64,000 bases of DNA, taken from Myxococcota bacterium (GTDB lineage: Bacteria > Myxococcota_A > SURF-8). The notes under the pieces were generated by a model. That model had not been told where the DNA came from, did not search any database, and saw nothing but the letters and a program-made list of their open reading frames with translations. Each line of letters starts with the position of its first letter. The first letter of the stretch is position 1. The stretch covers positions 2,240,001 through 2,304,000 of the forward strand of contig OZ223209.1 in the NCBI GenBank assembly GCA_965140415.1. Reading direction: 5' to 3'. Position numbers and translations under genes: made by a program. This document shows positions 1 to 8,938 of the stretch, in pieces.

Positions 1-816
1 TTGAATCATCGCATAGTGGTATACTCCAATCGATCCTGCTGTAGCGGAGATGGCATTGGCAAAGGCCAATAACACCATCACCAGTAAACCTCCGAACAAC
101 CCAACAGGCAGGGAGAAAGCCTGTAGCATCGCAAGCAGGAATCCCAGTTTCAAAGTACGCATGAGGATTGTAAGCAGCAGGCTGAACAGCAACAAATCCA
201 GCCTGCGTACCGGTTTGATGCCTTCGATGACCTGCTGTTGAAGTGTGTCCAGCCGTTGACCGAATTTTTCCGGTAAAAACCGGGTTAATTGACTGAAGAT
301 TCCAAGCATCTGCTTTGGGAAAATCGCCAGCGCGGCCACTGCGGCACATAGCAGACCAATCAACACCAGGCTAGTTTGTTGGACTAGGTGCACCCAATCT
401 GCTTGTATCGGTAGAAAGAGGAGAAGCAGTAATAGCAAAAATGCAAGCAGCATAGAATCCATCAGACGCGTGATCACAATCACGGAAAGTGATGTGGCAT
501 ATGGGATGTTTTCCCGACTGCTGATCAAATACGCGCGATAGAACTCTCCGGCACGGGATGGAAAAAGCTGGTTGATCATAATGCCGATGAGGTAGTAGCG
601 ATAAAGCGTCCAGTTGCTCACTTGCTTGATAGGAGAGAGTAAAAGGCGCAAGCGAATGGCACTAAAATAGGGGATGGTAAGGTATAGTCCAATTGCAAAC
701 AGCCAGAGGGGAACGTTCAACAGATCAAATGATTGGATAAAGCGGCTGAACTCGACTTGGCGAATGGCGAGATAGCCGAACAGAACAGCAATGAATAGAA
801 AAACGAGTTTCTTCAT
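1..816 (-). CDS. Flippase-like / lysylphosphatidylglycerol synthase TM-domain (UPF0104) membrane protein, 3' end runs off the window
   Basis: Absent from the ORF track because no stop lies in the window. Manual translation from ATG 816 gives MKKLVFLFIAVLFGYLAIRQVEF...INQLFPSRAGEFYRAYLIS...VITRLMDS, with the family P-x-R-x-G-E-x-x-R motif and many hydrophobic helices. Confidence 0.75.
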   Translation of the reverse strand, partial: MKKLVFLFIAVLFGYLAIRQVEFSRFIQSFDLLNVPLWLFAIGLYLTIPYFSAIRLRLLLSPIKQVSNWTLYRYYLIGIMINQLFPSRAGEFYRAYLISSRENIPYATSLSVIVITRLMDSMLLAFLLLLLLLFLPIQADWVHLVQQTSLVLIGLLCAAVAALAIFPKQMLGIFSQLTRFLPEKFGQRLDTLQQQVIEGIKPVRRLDLLLFSLLLTILMRTLKLGFLLAMLQAFSLPVGLFGGLLVMVLLAFANAISATAGSIGVYHYAMIQ

Positions 817-843
817 AAAGGTATTTCTATCATGAAATAGCTT

Positions 844-2259
844 TTAACGGTCCTTTTTTAAAACCGAAAACGCCATACGTGCGGCGGTGCGTACTCCGCG
901 TTTGAATTCATCGAAGCTGCGGACTTTCCTTAGTGCTTTTACGATATAGCCGGGACGATAATAGAAAATGTAATATCCGCAGCGAGTCCACAACTCGATT
1001 TCTTCTTCACTTAACGTCGTCCAGGGAGATCCCATGCGTCGTGCGCGGTTTCGATCTCGGACGTAGTCCGACCAGAAATCCGTTCCCGTTTTCTGCACCA
1101 TTTCATTGTCGAACACCGTTTTGGGTTTGGCGATGGTGCGTGAAAACTGGGCGTAGTCCAGATCCAGCGTAAGTGCGAAACGTAATGTGCGGTACAGGCT
1201 GGACCGCGTTTCTCCTGGCAGTCCGGTCATGAAAAAGCCTAGCGGCATGATGCCTGCTGTCTTGGCGTTTTCGATGGTTTCGCGTACATTTTCAACGGTA
1301 ATTTCTTTATTGGTTGCAAGTAGTTTGTCTTCGTTAGGCGTCTCGATGCCGAAGTATATTTTTCGGCATCCGGCCTGGCGCATCAATCGCAGCAGATTCA
1401 AATCTACCGAGTCCACTCGCGCGCGGCAGGACCATTCCAGATCCCAGTCCCGCTCGATGATCCCCAGGCATATTTTTGTGGCGCGACGCCGATTGAAGGG
1501 GAAGTCCGCGTCGAAGAAATCGATCTCTTTGACTCCATAGCGGGTAACACATTCCTCGATTTCGGCCAGCACCAATTCCGCTTTACGTGAGCGATAGGGA
1601 ATCGGTGCGATGGCGCAGAAAGAGCAGTTGTGAGCGCAACCGAGGGTTGTCGTCATGATGGTGAAGTTACGCCGCTGCGAAGTGATGGAAAAATAGTTCT
1701 CATTGGGTAGCAAGTGTCTGGCGGGAAATGGGAAACTGTTGAAATCGACTTTCTTGTTTTCTACGGGAGTGAGGATCACTTTCCCATTATGCCGATAGCC
1801 CACTCCGGGAATGTCTTTCGGCTCCTGCTTTGCTTCGATTGCTTGCAATAGGCGGGGCAGGGCATCTTGAGCATGACCCATCACCGCGTAGTCGATCGTG
1901 TCGTGTGAGAATGACTCTTCCGGGTACAATTCCAGATTGATGCCACCGGCGATTACCGGAACCTGCAATGCCTGCTTTAACTCGGTTGCCCAATCCAAGG
2001 TGTCGTGAAACATGTAGGTGGAGAAATAAAAACCAAGCGCTTCGGGAGCGAATCCGCGAAGATGCTCGATGGTTTTTTCCATACTCCACTTCAAGGCGTT
2101 GGCGTCGATGAGGACGACGTCGTGCCCGGCTTCTTCGGTGAATGCGGCTGCGTAGGCGAGATTCAAAGGAGGAAACGTACCGAAGTCTTCGTCCACGACC
2201 TCAAGGTTTTCGGCGAAAATTTTATGGCTGTATGGAGCGAAGATAAACGCGATTCTCAT
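844..2259 (-). CDS. Cobalamin-binding radical SAM protein (class B methyltransferase-like)
   Basis: N-terminal PPLNLAY...IDAN B12-binding region, CAHNCSFC radical SAM motif, FMTGLPGET. Confidence 0.85.
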   Translation of the reverse strand: MRIAFIFAPYSHKIFAENLEVVDEDFGTFPPLNLAYAAAFTEEAGHDVVLIDANALKWSMEKTIEHLRGFAPEALGFYFSTYMFHDTLDWATELKQALQVPVIAGGINLELYPEESFSHDTIDYAVMGHAQDALPRLLQAIEAKQEPKDIPGVGYRHNGKVILTPVENKKVDFNSFPFPARHLLPNENYFSITSQRRNFTIMTTTLGCAHNCSFCAIAPIPYRSRKAELVLAEIEECVTRYGVKEIDFFDADFPFNRRRATKICLGIIERDWDLEWSCRARVDSVDLNLLRLMRQAGCRKIYFGIETPNEDKLLATNKEITVENVRETIENAKTAGIMPLGFFMTGLPGETRSSLYRTLRFALTLDLDYAQFSRTIAKPKTVFDNEMVQKTGTDFWSDYVRDRNRARRMGSPWTTLSEEEIELWTRCGYYIFYYRPGYIVKALRKVRSFDEFKRGVRTAARMAFSVLKKDR

Positions 2260-2482
2260 GGTGATTTATTGCCGCTTTCCTCAAGTTTCAAGCAGACGAA
2301 AACTCGTGCTTTTCGTTACAAATTGCAATAGAGCATACCATTTCTGGCAAGATATTCAATGTTTTACGCATGGTATAGGAAATTTCGAAATGAAAAAATG
2401 AACTAGCAAAGGTTTTCATCCGTTCTATTAAAACAAGAGTAGTGTATTATGGGAAAGTTAAAATCATCGAAGGGAAGGCACA

Positions 2483-3394
2483 ATGCGAGTTGCCATTACC
2501 GGTTCAAGCGGTTTGGTTGGAAAAGAACTTGTCGATCATTTCCTAAGGAAAGAAGCGGAAGTCATTTGTTTCGTTCGAGATCGAAATGGATTGGAATCCA
2601 ATGCGTTACCAGCGTTTTGGAATCCTTCAGAGCGACGCATCGATGTTGATGCGTTGGAAAAATGTGATGTCGTCATTCATCTGGCGGGGGCTGGCATTGC
2701 AGACAAGCGCTGGAGTGAGTCGCGCAAGCGAATCATTTTGGAAAGCCGAACGCTGGGAACATCCTTGCTTGCCGATACATTGGCGAAATTGAAGCATCCT
2801 CCAAAGGTCTTACTCTCAGCTTCCGCAATTGGATTTTATGGCAACCACGACCGGCAAACAACCGTAAACGAACAGACGAAACCGGATGATTCTTTCCTTT
2901 CCAGGGTCTGTCAGGCCTGGGAGCGCGAAACGCGAACTGCGCAAGAGGTGGGGATTCGCGTGCTTCATATGCGTTTTGGTGTGGTGCTTGCGGCGCATGG
3001 CGGAGCCTTGGCTCGCATGTTGCCTCTATTTGAAAAGGGATTGGGCGGCAGGTTGGGAAATGGTCGCCAGATTATGAGTTGGATTGCATTGCCGGAAATT
3101 CCAAGGATCGTGGATTATTTGATTGAAACGGAATCGATGGCAGGGGCAGTGAATGTCGTATCTCCAGAGGCTGTCAGTAATTCTGAATTTACCAGCAGGC
3201 TTGCAACATGCCTGGGACGTCTGGCAATACTGCCCGTTCCTGCGTTGGCGATGAAACTTGCGCTGGGGGAGATGGCAGAAGCTCTTTTATTGGGAGGCGC
3301 TCGTGTTCTGCCTGAAAAGCTACTGAAACGTGGTTATGAGTTTCAGTATCCGCATTTGGAAGATGCATTGAAAATAGTACTGCAATGCAGCTAA
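2483..3394 (+). CDS. TIGR01777/YfcH-family NAD-dependent epimerase
   Basis: ITGSSGLVG Rossmann motif, HLAGAGIADKRW, SASAIGFYG, GRQIMSWI. Confidence 0.9.
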   Translation: MRVAITGSSGLVGKELVDHFLRKEAEVICFVRDRNGLESNALPAFWNPSERRIDVDALEKCDVVIHLAGAGIADKRWSESRKRIILESRTLGTSLLADTLAKLKHPPKVLLSASAIGFYGNHDRQTTVNEQTKPDDSFLSRVCQAWERETRTAQEVGIRVLHMRFGVVLAAHGGALARMLPLFEKGLGGRLGNGRQIMSWIALPEIPRIVDYLIETESMAGAVNVVSPEAVSNSEFTSRLATCLGRLAILPVPALAMKLALGEMAEALLLGGARVLPEKLLKRGYEFQYPHLEDALKIVLQCS

Positions 3395-3508
3395 GAACTC
3401 TTAACTTCTCGATATTTTCAGCTTGACCCGAAGCAGAATCCCCGGATAATGTTTCCGTTGTTTCGATCTCTTATTGCCTATCCGATGCCGTCGCGTGAAA
3501 GGGAAAAC

Positions 3509-4507
3509 ATGAAATCCAGAAATGGAAGTTGGATCTATGAATTGATTGCCATTATCTGCTTTGTTGGCTTGTTGTTTTGTGTTTCATGCAGTGATAATAC
3601 AAATGATACCGATGGGATAGGCTTGGATGGGGATGCAGAAGACGAATTGTCGGACACATCTCTTTCTCAAGGTGACGACGATGCATTAGAGATGGAGAAT
3701 GAGGAAGATCGTTCTCCCTTTCTTTTTGCTGTTGTTTCGGATACGCATTTGATGCTGACGAACGATAGCCTGACCAATCAGGCGTTTATCTTGTTTGCAA
3801 AGCGGTTTAAAGAATTGGAACCCAAAGCGGAATTTGTAGTCAGCACCGGCGATAACATCGAGGATTTACTGTGTTTCCCAGATCTTAGCTGCGTCGATCC
3901 TCTTCCCGTACTGACCAATTATCGGCAACTCATAGAAGATCACTTCGATGTGCCTTTCTATGCGGTTCTCGGCAATCACGACAACCGCTATTTCGATCAG
4001 TTTCTCGATACGGAAACACCTTGGGCCTCGTGGCAGTTCGTGTTTGGAGATACTTCCGTCATTCCTGACAAATACTATGCCGTTGAATACAAAGGCTTTC
4101 TTTTATTGATGCTGAATGCGACCGATCTTGCTTTCGATCACGACAGCAATGATGAAGCGACTTTCGGTCCGGAGCAATTGAGCTGGCTGGAAGAGCAATT
4201 GCAGCGTGGTTTGCCAAGCATATTATTCTGGCATCATTGCATGACTCCTCCAAGTGAGGGACAAGAAGAAATCAGTCCGATTTTTCCTGTGATAGAGACG
4301 TATCGAGAAAACGTCAAAGCCGTTTTTACCGGTCATCTTCATCATTTTTCCCACGATCAATGGAAAGGGGTGGATTTCTACCAAACCGACAATCTCGGGA
4401 AAAATGAAGAAGGAGTCACCCCCTATCATCTGGTTCACTGCGATCCACAAACCGGAATCGTGACCATTGCCAATGACGCCGATATCGAGTACGCTTCTTC
4501 TAACTAA
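3509..4507 (+). CDS. Calcineurin-like metallophosphoesterase lipoprotein
   Basis: SDTH, TGDNIE, GNHD, HH and GHLH motifs; lipobox-like CVSC after a hydrophobic stretch; start moved to ATG 3509 behind GGGAAA. Confidence 0.85.
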   Translation: MKSRNGSWIYELIAIICFVGLLFCVSCSDNTNDTDGIGLDGDAEDELSDTSLSQGDDDALEMENEEDRSPFLFAVVSDTHLMLTNDSLTNQAFILFAKRFKELEPKAEFVVSTGDNIEDLLCFPDLSCVDPLPVLTNYRQLIEDHFDVPFYAVLGNHDNRYFDQFLDTETPWASWQFVFGDTSVIPDKYYAVEYKGFLLLMLNATDLAFDHDSNDEATFGPEQLSWLEEQLQRGLPSILFWHHCMTPPSEGQEEISPIFPVIETYRENVKAVFTGHLHHFSHDQWKGVDFYQTDNLGKNEEGVTPYHLVHCDPQTGIVTIANDADIEYASSN

Positions 4508-4534
4508 CGGATCTAACAATATAATTGGAAAACA

Positions 4535-4571
4535 CAACGAGCCGGTACAGTATTCTGTAACCGGCTCGTTG
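4535..4571. terminator. Stem-loop between convergent genes (probable terminator)
   Basis: caacgagccggt-acag-tatt-ctgt-a-accggctcgttg inverted repeat; no strong U-tract. Confidence 0.6.
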
Positions 4572-4592
4572 CATGGGATTCTGAATGCGCGA

Positions 4593-5243
4593 TCAGAGAT
4601 CTTGCCCGATCGCTTTAAGCGTTTCTTTCAAGAATTCCATTTCCGGCACTCCGCCCAGAATGCTGTGATCTTCGTTGACAATGGTATTCGGTACCCCCCG
4701 GACATTGTATTTCACTGCAAGATGAGGAAATTCGGAGGTTTCGATCATGTCTCCGCGAACAAAGTCGCTGGCCATGGCAAAGCGATGCGCGGTGCGAACG
4801 GCTTGCGGACAATGCGGGCATTGCAAGGTCACCATGGCTTGTAAATGGACCGGCTTATCGATTTTTGCCAGTCCTTCCAGAATCACCGGAGGTAGACCGG
4901 GATCGCGGCGACTGACATCTAGAATGTCCTCGATCAAGGAGGCAAACTCGTAGCCGCCAGGAACACCGTAAAAGCGGATGCCGTAATCCTTTTCTCCTTC
5001 GACGACAAGCGCCGGGATCTTATCGATTTGATATTGTTTGACTTTCTCTGCATCTTTTACGAAATCGTAAACTTCCAGATTCAGCTTGCCGGAGAGTTCC
5101 GACAGCTCTGTCAGTAGATCATGCACTGATTTGCAGTATTCGCATTCATGATCTTGAGTGAACATGACGAGTTTTACGTCATTCGTTAACTCACCAAACA
5201 ATTTTTCAATTTCTAAGCGATCTTTTTCTTGTAACAGTCCCAT
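4593..5243 (-). CDS. Protein disulfide oxidoreductase (PDO / AhpF N-terminal-like, two thioredoxin folds)
   Basis: CEYC and CPHC motifs, IRFYGVPGGYEF, VRGVP cis-Pro loop. Confidence 0.9.
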   Translation of the reverse strand: MGLLQEKDRLEIEKLFGELTNDVKLVMFTQDHECEYCKSVHDLLTELSELSGKLNLEVYDFVKDAEKVKQYQIDKIPALVVEGEKDYGIRFYGVPGGYEFASLIEDILDVSRRDPGLPPVILEGLAKIDKPVHLQAMVTLQCPHCPQAVRTAHRFAMASDFVRGDMIETSEFPHLAVKYNVRGVPNTIVNEDHSILGGVPEMEFLKETLKAIGQDL

Positions 5244-5595
5244 AGTTTGCTCCTTTGTATTAGATGCTGCTGATACTCATTGGTTAGTAGGAAAGTAAAA
5301 ATCTTATCTTTTTCCTTTATTCGGGAATAACGCCCTTCCTTTTTGGGTTGCTTTGAAAATATGGATGTTCTTGAACGCGGTTTTCCTCCCGTTTTTTGCA
5401 CAAGGGTTATATAAGTCTTTTTTTTGCGGATGCAAGAGCTTGAAGTACATTTATGAACATTTGCACATAACAAGGATGAAAAGTTGATGTGTACGGTTTT
5501 TCAAGAGATAACCTTATTGGAATGGAAAAAAGAATTGCCAAACCATAATTGATTTGGTAAGGTCCGACACCTAACGAACCGGGATAAGAAGCCTG

Positions 5596-5627
5596 AATTT
5601 GCATCGGATTTTGCAAATTTTTACATT
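5596..5627 (+). promoter_or_regulatory. Candidate sigma70 promoter overlapped by an inverted repeat, upstream of the triple-DsbA gene
   Basis: TTGCAT(5599)-17 bp-TACATT(5622); perfect inverted repeat AATTTGCA-N8-TGCAAATT at 5596-5619. Confidence 0.5.
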
Positions 5628-5660
5628 CGATACCTTAAATAATTGGAGGAGGATTTCAGA

Positions 5661-7619
5661 ATGGCAAAAGGATCATCGGTCATTAATTACCTGTTGATCG
5701 CACTGCTTATGTTTTCCCTCGGGTTCTACATGGGCGGCGCGGGTTGTGGACAGCAGCCGGGCGGCGACAGTGCCCCTAAGGCGGCGAAGCCTGAGGCGAA
5801 AAAAGCAGAGATGAAGCCCGAACTTAAAAAGGCTCAACCTGCTGAAGAGCGCTTCAAGGTTGAAGTTGGCAATTCTTACACCAAAGGTCCGGCGGATGCT
5901 CTGGTTACTTTGGTGGAATTCACTGAATTCCAATGCCCCTTCTGCAGTCGTGTAACGGGTACCGTGGACAAAATCTTTGAAACCTATGGCGACAAAGTCC
6001 GCTTGGTTTTCAAACACAATCCGCTGCCTTTCCACAAGGATGCCGGTCCTGCTTCCGAAGCTGCTTTGGCTGCCGGTGAGCAGGGAAAATTCTGGGAAAT
6101 GTACAAGGTGCTCTTCGCCAATCAGAAGGCCTTGTCTCGTGAAAACCTGGATAAGTATGCTCAGCAAATCGGTCTGGACATGGGCAAATACAAAGCGGCC
6201 ATGGACAGCGGCAAGTTCAAAAAAGTCATCGAGCAGGATCAGAAACAGGCGCAGCAGTTCGCCGCTCGTGGAACGCCTCACTTCTTCATCAATGGTATTC
6301 GCCTGCGTGGTGCTCAGCCTTTCGAAAAGTTCAAAGAGGTTATCGATACCGAACTGGCGAAAGCAGAAGCGATCAAAGCCAAAGGCGTAAAAGACGTCTA
6401 TGCCGAAGTGATCAAAAACGCCCAGACCAAGGCGGAAGCTCCCAAGCGTCAACAGCCGCAGGAAGACAAAACCGTTTACAACGTTCCCACCGGTAATGGT
6501 CCGGTCAAGGGCAACGTCGGTGGTGCATTGATCACTATCGTGGAATTTTCCGAATTCCAATGCCCCTTCTGTAGCCGCGTGGAACCGACCATCACCAAAA
6601 TCTTGGACGAGTACAAAGATCAGGTACGGGTTTACTTCCGTTCCAATCCTTTGCCGTTCCATAAAGACGCCATGCCCGCTTCCAAGGCCGCGCTGGCCGC
6701 TCATCGCCAGGGTAAGTTCTGGGAAATGCACAAGTTGCTGTTCACGGAGCAGAAAAACCTGAAAGAAGAAACCTTCCTGAAGTTTGCCAAGCAGTTGGGA
6801 CTGAATATCAGCAAGTTCAAAAAAGATATGGCTGATCCGGCGATTGAAAACCAGATCAAAGAAGATATGGCCATCGCGGCGAAATTCGGTTCGCGTGGAA
6901 CGCCTGGCTTCTTCATCAACGGTCGTAAATTCAGTGGTGCACAGCCTTTCGATAACTTCAAAAAGCTGATCGACGAACTGCTGCCGGTAGCGAAGAAAGT
7001 CGGCAAGACCGGTGATGCTTTGTACGCAGAGTTGACGAAGAATGGTAAAGACAAAGCCGCTCCGCCCCCCAATAAGAACAAGCGTCCGCAGGAAGATCCT
7101 AACAAAGTGTACACGGTGCCTGCTGGTAATTCCCATTTCATGGGTGGCAAAAACGCGAAAGTCGAGATCATTGAATTCTCCGAATTCCAATGCCCCTTCT
7201 GTAGCCGCGTGATTCCGACCATCAAGAAGATCAAAGAAACCTATGGCGACAAAGTCAAGGTAGTCTTCAAACACAATCCACTGCCTTTCCACAAGGACGC
7301 TGGTCTGGCTTCCGAAGCCGCTCTGGCCGCTGGTGAGCAGGGTAAATTCTGGCAGATGCACGACAAGCTGTTTGAAAACCAGAAACAGTTGAAGCGTGAA
7401 AATCTGGAATCCTATGCCAAAGAGTTGGGTCTGAATATGGCTCAATTCAAAAAGGCGCTGGATTCGGGTAAGTTCAAACCCGTTATCGATGCGGACAAGA
7501 AACTGGCCGCTTCCGTTGGCGCGCGTGGAACCCCCACCTTCTTTATCAATGGCAAGAAGTTCGTCGGTGCCCAGCCCTTCGAAAACTTCAAGCAAAAGAT
7601 CGACGAAGCTCTCAAGTAG
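5661..7619 (+). CDS. Exported DsbA-family protein with three tandem thioredoxin domains
   Basis: Three copies of EF(T/S)EFQCPFCSRV...NPLPFHKDA...RGTP; N-terminal hydrophobic segment ending GAGC; RBS GGAGGA before ATG 5661. Confidence 0.9.
   Translation: MAKGSSVINYLLIALLMFSLGFYMGGAGCGQQPGGDSAPKAAKPEAKKAEMKPELKKAQPAEERFKVEVGNSYTKGPADALVTLVEFTEFQCPFCSRVTGTVDKIFETYGDKVRLVFKHNPLPFHKDAGPASEAALAAGEQGKFWEMYKVLFANQKALSRENLDKYAQQIGLDMGKYKAAMDSGKFKKVIEQDQKQAQQFAARGTPHFFINGIRLRGAQPFEKFKEVIDTELAKAEAIKAKGVKDVYAEVIKNAQTKAEAPKRQQPQEDKTVYNVPTGNGPVKGNVGGALITIVEFSEFQCPFCSRVEPTITKILDEYKDQVRVYFRSNPLPFHKDAMPASKAALAAHRQGKFWEMHKLLFTEQKNLKEETFLKFAKQLGLNISKFKKDMADPAIENQIKEDMAIAAKFGSRGTPGFFINGRKFSGAQPFDNFKKLIDELLPVAKKVGKTGDALYAELTKNGKDKAAPPPNKNKRPQEDPNKVYTVPAGNSHFMGGKNAKVEIIEFSEFQCPFCSRVIPTIKKIKETYGDKVKVVFKHNPLPFHKDAGLASEAALAAGEQGKFWQMHDKLFENQKQLKRENLESYAKELGLNMAQFKKALDSGKFKPVIDADKKLAASVGARGTPTFFINGKKFVGAQPFENFKQKIDEALK
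5925..7211 (+). repeat. Intragenic tandem domain triplication, period about 630 nt
   Basis: gaattccaatgccccttctg at 5925, 6552 and 7182; 33-nt exact match between 6549-6581 and 7179-7211. Confidence 0.9.
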
Positions 7620-7647
7620 ATCTCTAGAGATCGCTTGTAGGTGAAAA

Positions 7648-7688
7648 AACAGCCCCGATCGGAATTCCGGTCGGGGCTGTTGATGTTT
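7648..7688. terminator. Intrinsic terminator between convergent genes
   Basis: aacagccccgatcgga...ccggtcggggctgtt, with an A-run before and T-rich sequence after. Confidence 0.8.
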
Positions 7689-7743
7689 AAGGGTTTGAGA
7701 TTTACTTAAGGCGAGATGGACTCGATAGTTGGGTAAGTTACTG

Positions 7744-8802
7744 CTAGGCTATACTTGCTTGTACTTTGTTGGAAAGTTCCGCCAGCATGAGCATGATCTT
7801 TTCGGCTTCTTCCTCTTGCATCGTTCCCATGCCGCAGGACGGAGTAACAAAGCTTTGCTGCCAAATCAAATCCTTATCTATGCCGTGCGAAGCCAGATGG
7901 TCGACCAAGGCGGTCAATTTCTCGAACAGATGTTCTGCCGTCTCTTCATGAATCTTAGGTGAAGTGGGAACGATGCCCCAGGCCAACGCTCCGCCGCGCT
8001 TCAATAAGTCATGAACTTCGGAGGAATAGATTGCGATGCTTTCCCCAAAAGAATACGCATCGAAGTTGATGATGTCCGCTCCGGCTTCGATTAGCATCGA
8101 CCATTCCGTGTTGCCGCATACATGAATACCTACCAGTGCGCCTTCTTCGTGAATGGCGTTGATGGCTGTGCTTAAGCTTTCGACCACGCGCTCGCGCGTG
8201 AGTGTGATGTAAGTGGAAGATCCGAATGCTGAAAGGGAAGGCTCGTCTAAAAAGCAGATGACTTCCCTGCCATAAGGTTTGAATTGCTGAATTTGCCAGC
8301 GAGATTTCATTATTGCATTTTGCAGCGACAAATCAGCCAGATCATCCCGGTATTGAATGGCGGTATCATTTTCGTCCGTCACGGTAAGAGCGAAGGATAT
8401 CGGACCGGTTGTATGGACTTTGACAAACGCGGAAGGCTCGGAACGTTCCGAATATGCTTCGATTGCCGTAGGTAGTCCAACCGAGGCTTCCTCGGAAATG
8501 GCGAAGTCTGAAAAATCATTCGTCTCAGCGGTGGCAAACACCTTTTCATAAAAAGCAGCCATCTGTTCGGCCATGCTGTCCTGTTGGCTGTCCAGGCTGA
8601 CTTTACCATCTGCGGGATGCATAACCAGCCCCGGAAGCCCTTCCGCGTACTGGGGTAGAAATCCCTCTCGCCAGTGTCGATTCGGCAGCTGTGGCCAGAT
8701 GGGGGCTTGGGGGACGGATTGCAGGATCAGTTCCATCGAGCGTTTCGCATCGGTATGGGGCAATGAACCGATTAACGTGGCTAAACCACGAGGTGCAAAC
8801 AT
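7744..8802 (-). CDS. Core (single-barrel) MetE-like methionine synthase, MesB-like
   Basis: IGSLPH, WPQLP, DEP, HVCG, DAY, GIVPT and TPSCG Zn-site motifs; 352 aa with no N-terminal folate-binding half. Confidence 0.7.
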   Translation of the reverse strand: MFAPRGLATLIGSLPHTDAKRSMELILQSVPQAPIWPQLPNRHWREGFLPQYAEGLPGLVMHPADGKVSLDSQQDSMAEQMAAFYEKVFATAETNDFSDFAISEEASVGLPTAIEAYSERSEPSAFVKVHTTGPISFALTVTDENDTAIQYRDDLADLSLQNAIMKSRWQIQQFKPYGREVICFLDEPSLSAFGSSTYITLTRERVVESLSTAINAIHEEGALVGIHVCGNTEWSMLIEAGADIINFDAYSFGESIAIYSSEVHDLLKRGGALAWGIVPTSPKIHEETAEHLFEKLTALVDHLASHGIDKDLIWQQSFVTPSCGMGTMQEEEAEKIMLMLAELSNKVQASIA

Positions 8803-8938
8803 AGTTGAAATCCTTTCTACAACGAAAAACAGGTGTCATGAGCAAACTGCAACAGGAAAGATCAAGGATGCTTTCCAATGTTGCTGTTTTTTAGGGATCG
8901 AAACTACCGACGAACGTTAGAGCCACGCATTGTCAGAG

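Noticed and set aside
4593..5243. Possible selenocysteine recoding in redox proteins
   Set aside because: All CxxC motifs in the PDO, DsbA and TlpA proteins are Cys-encoded in uninterrupted frames
5673..7595. 640-aa antisense ORF opposite the triple-DsbA gene
   Set aside because: Codon-aligned shadow of a strongly biased Lys/Glu-rich gene; F/L/V-rich translation with no motifs
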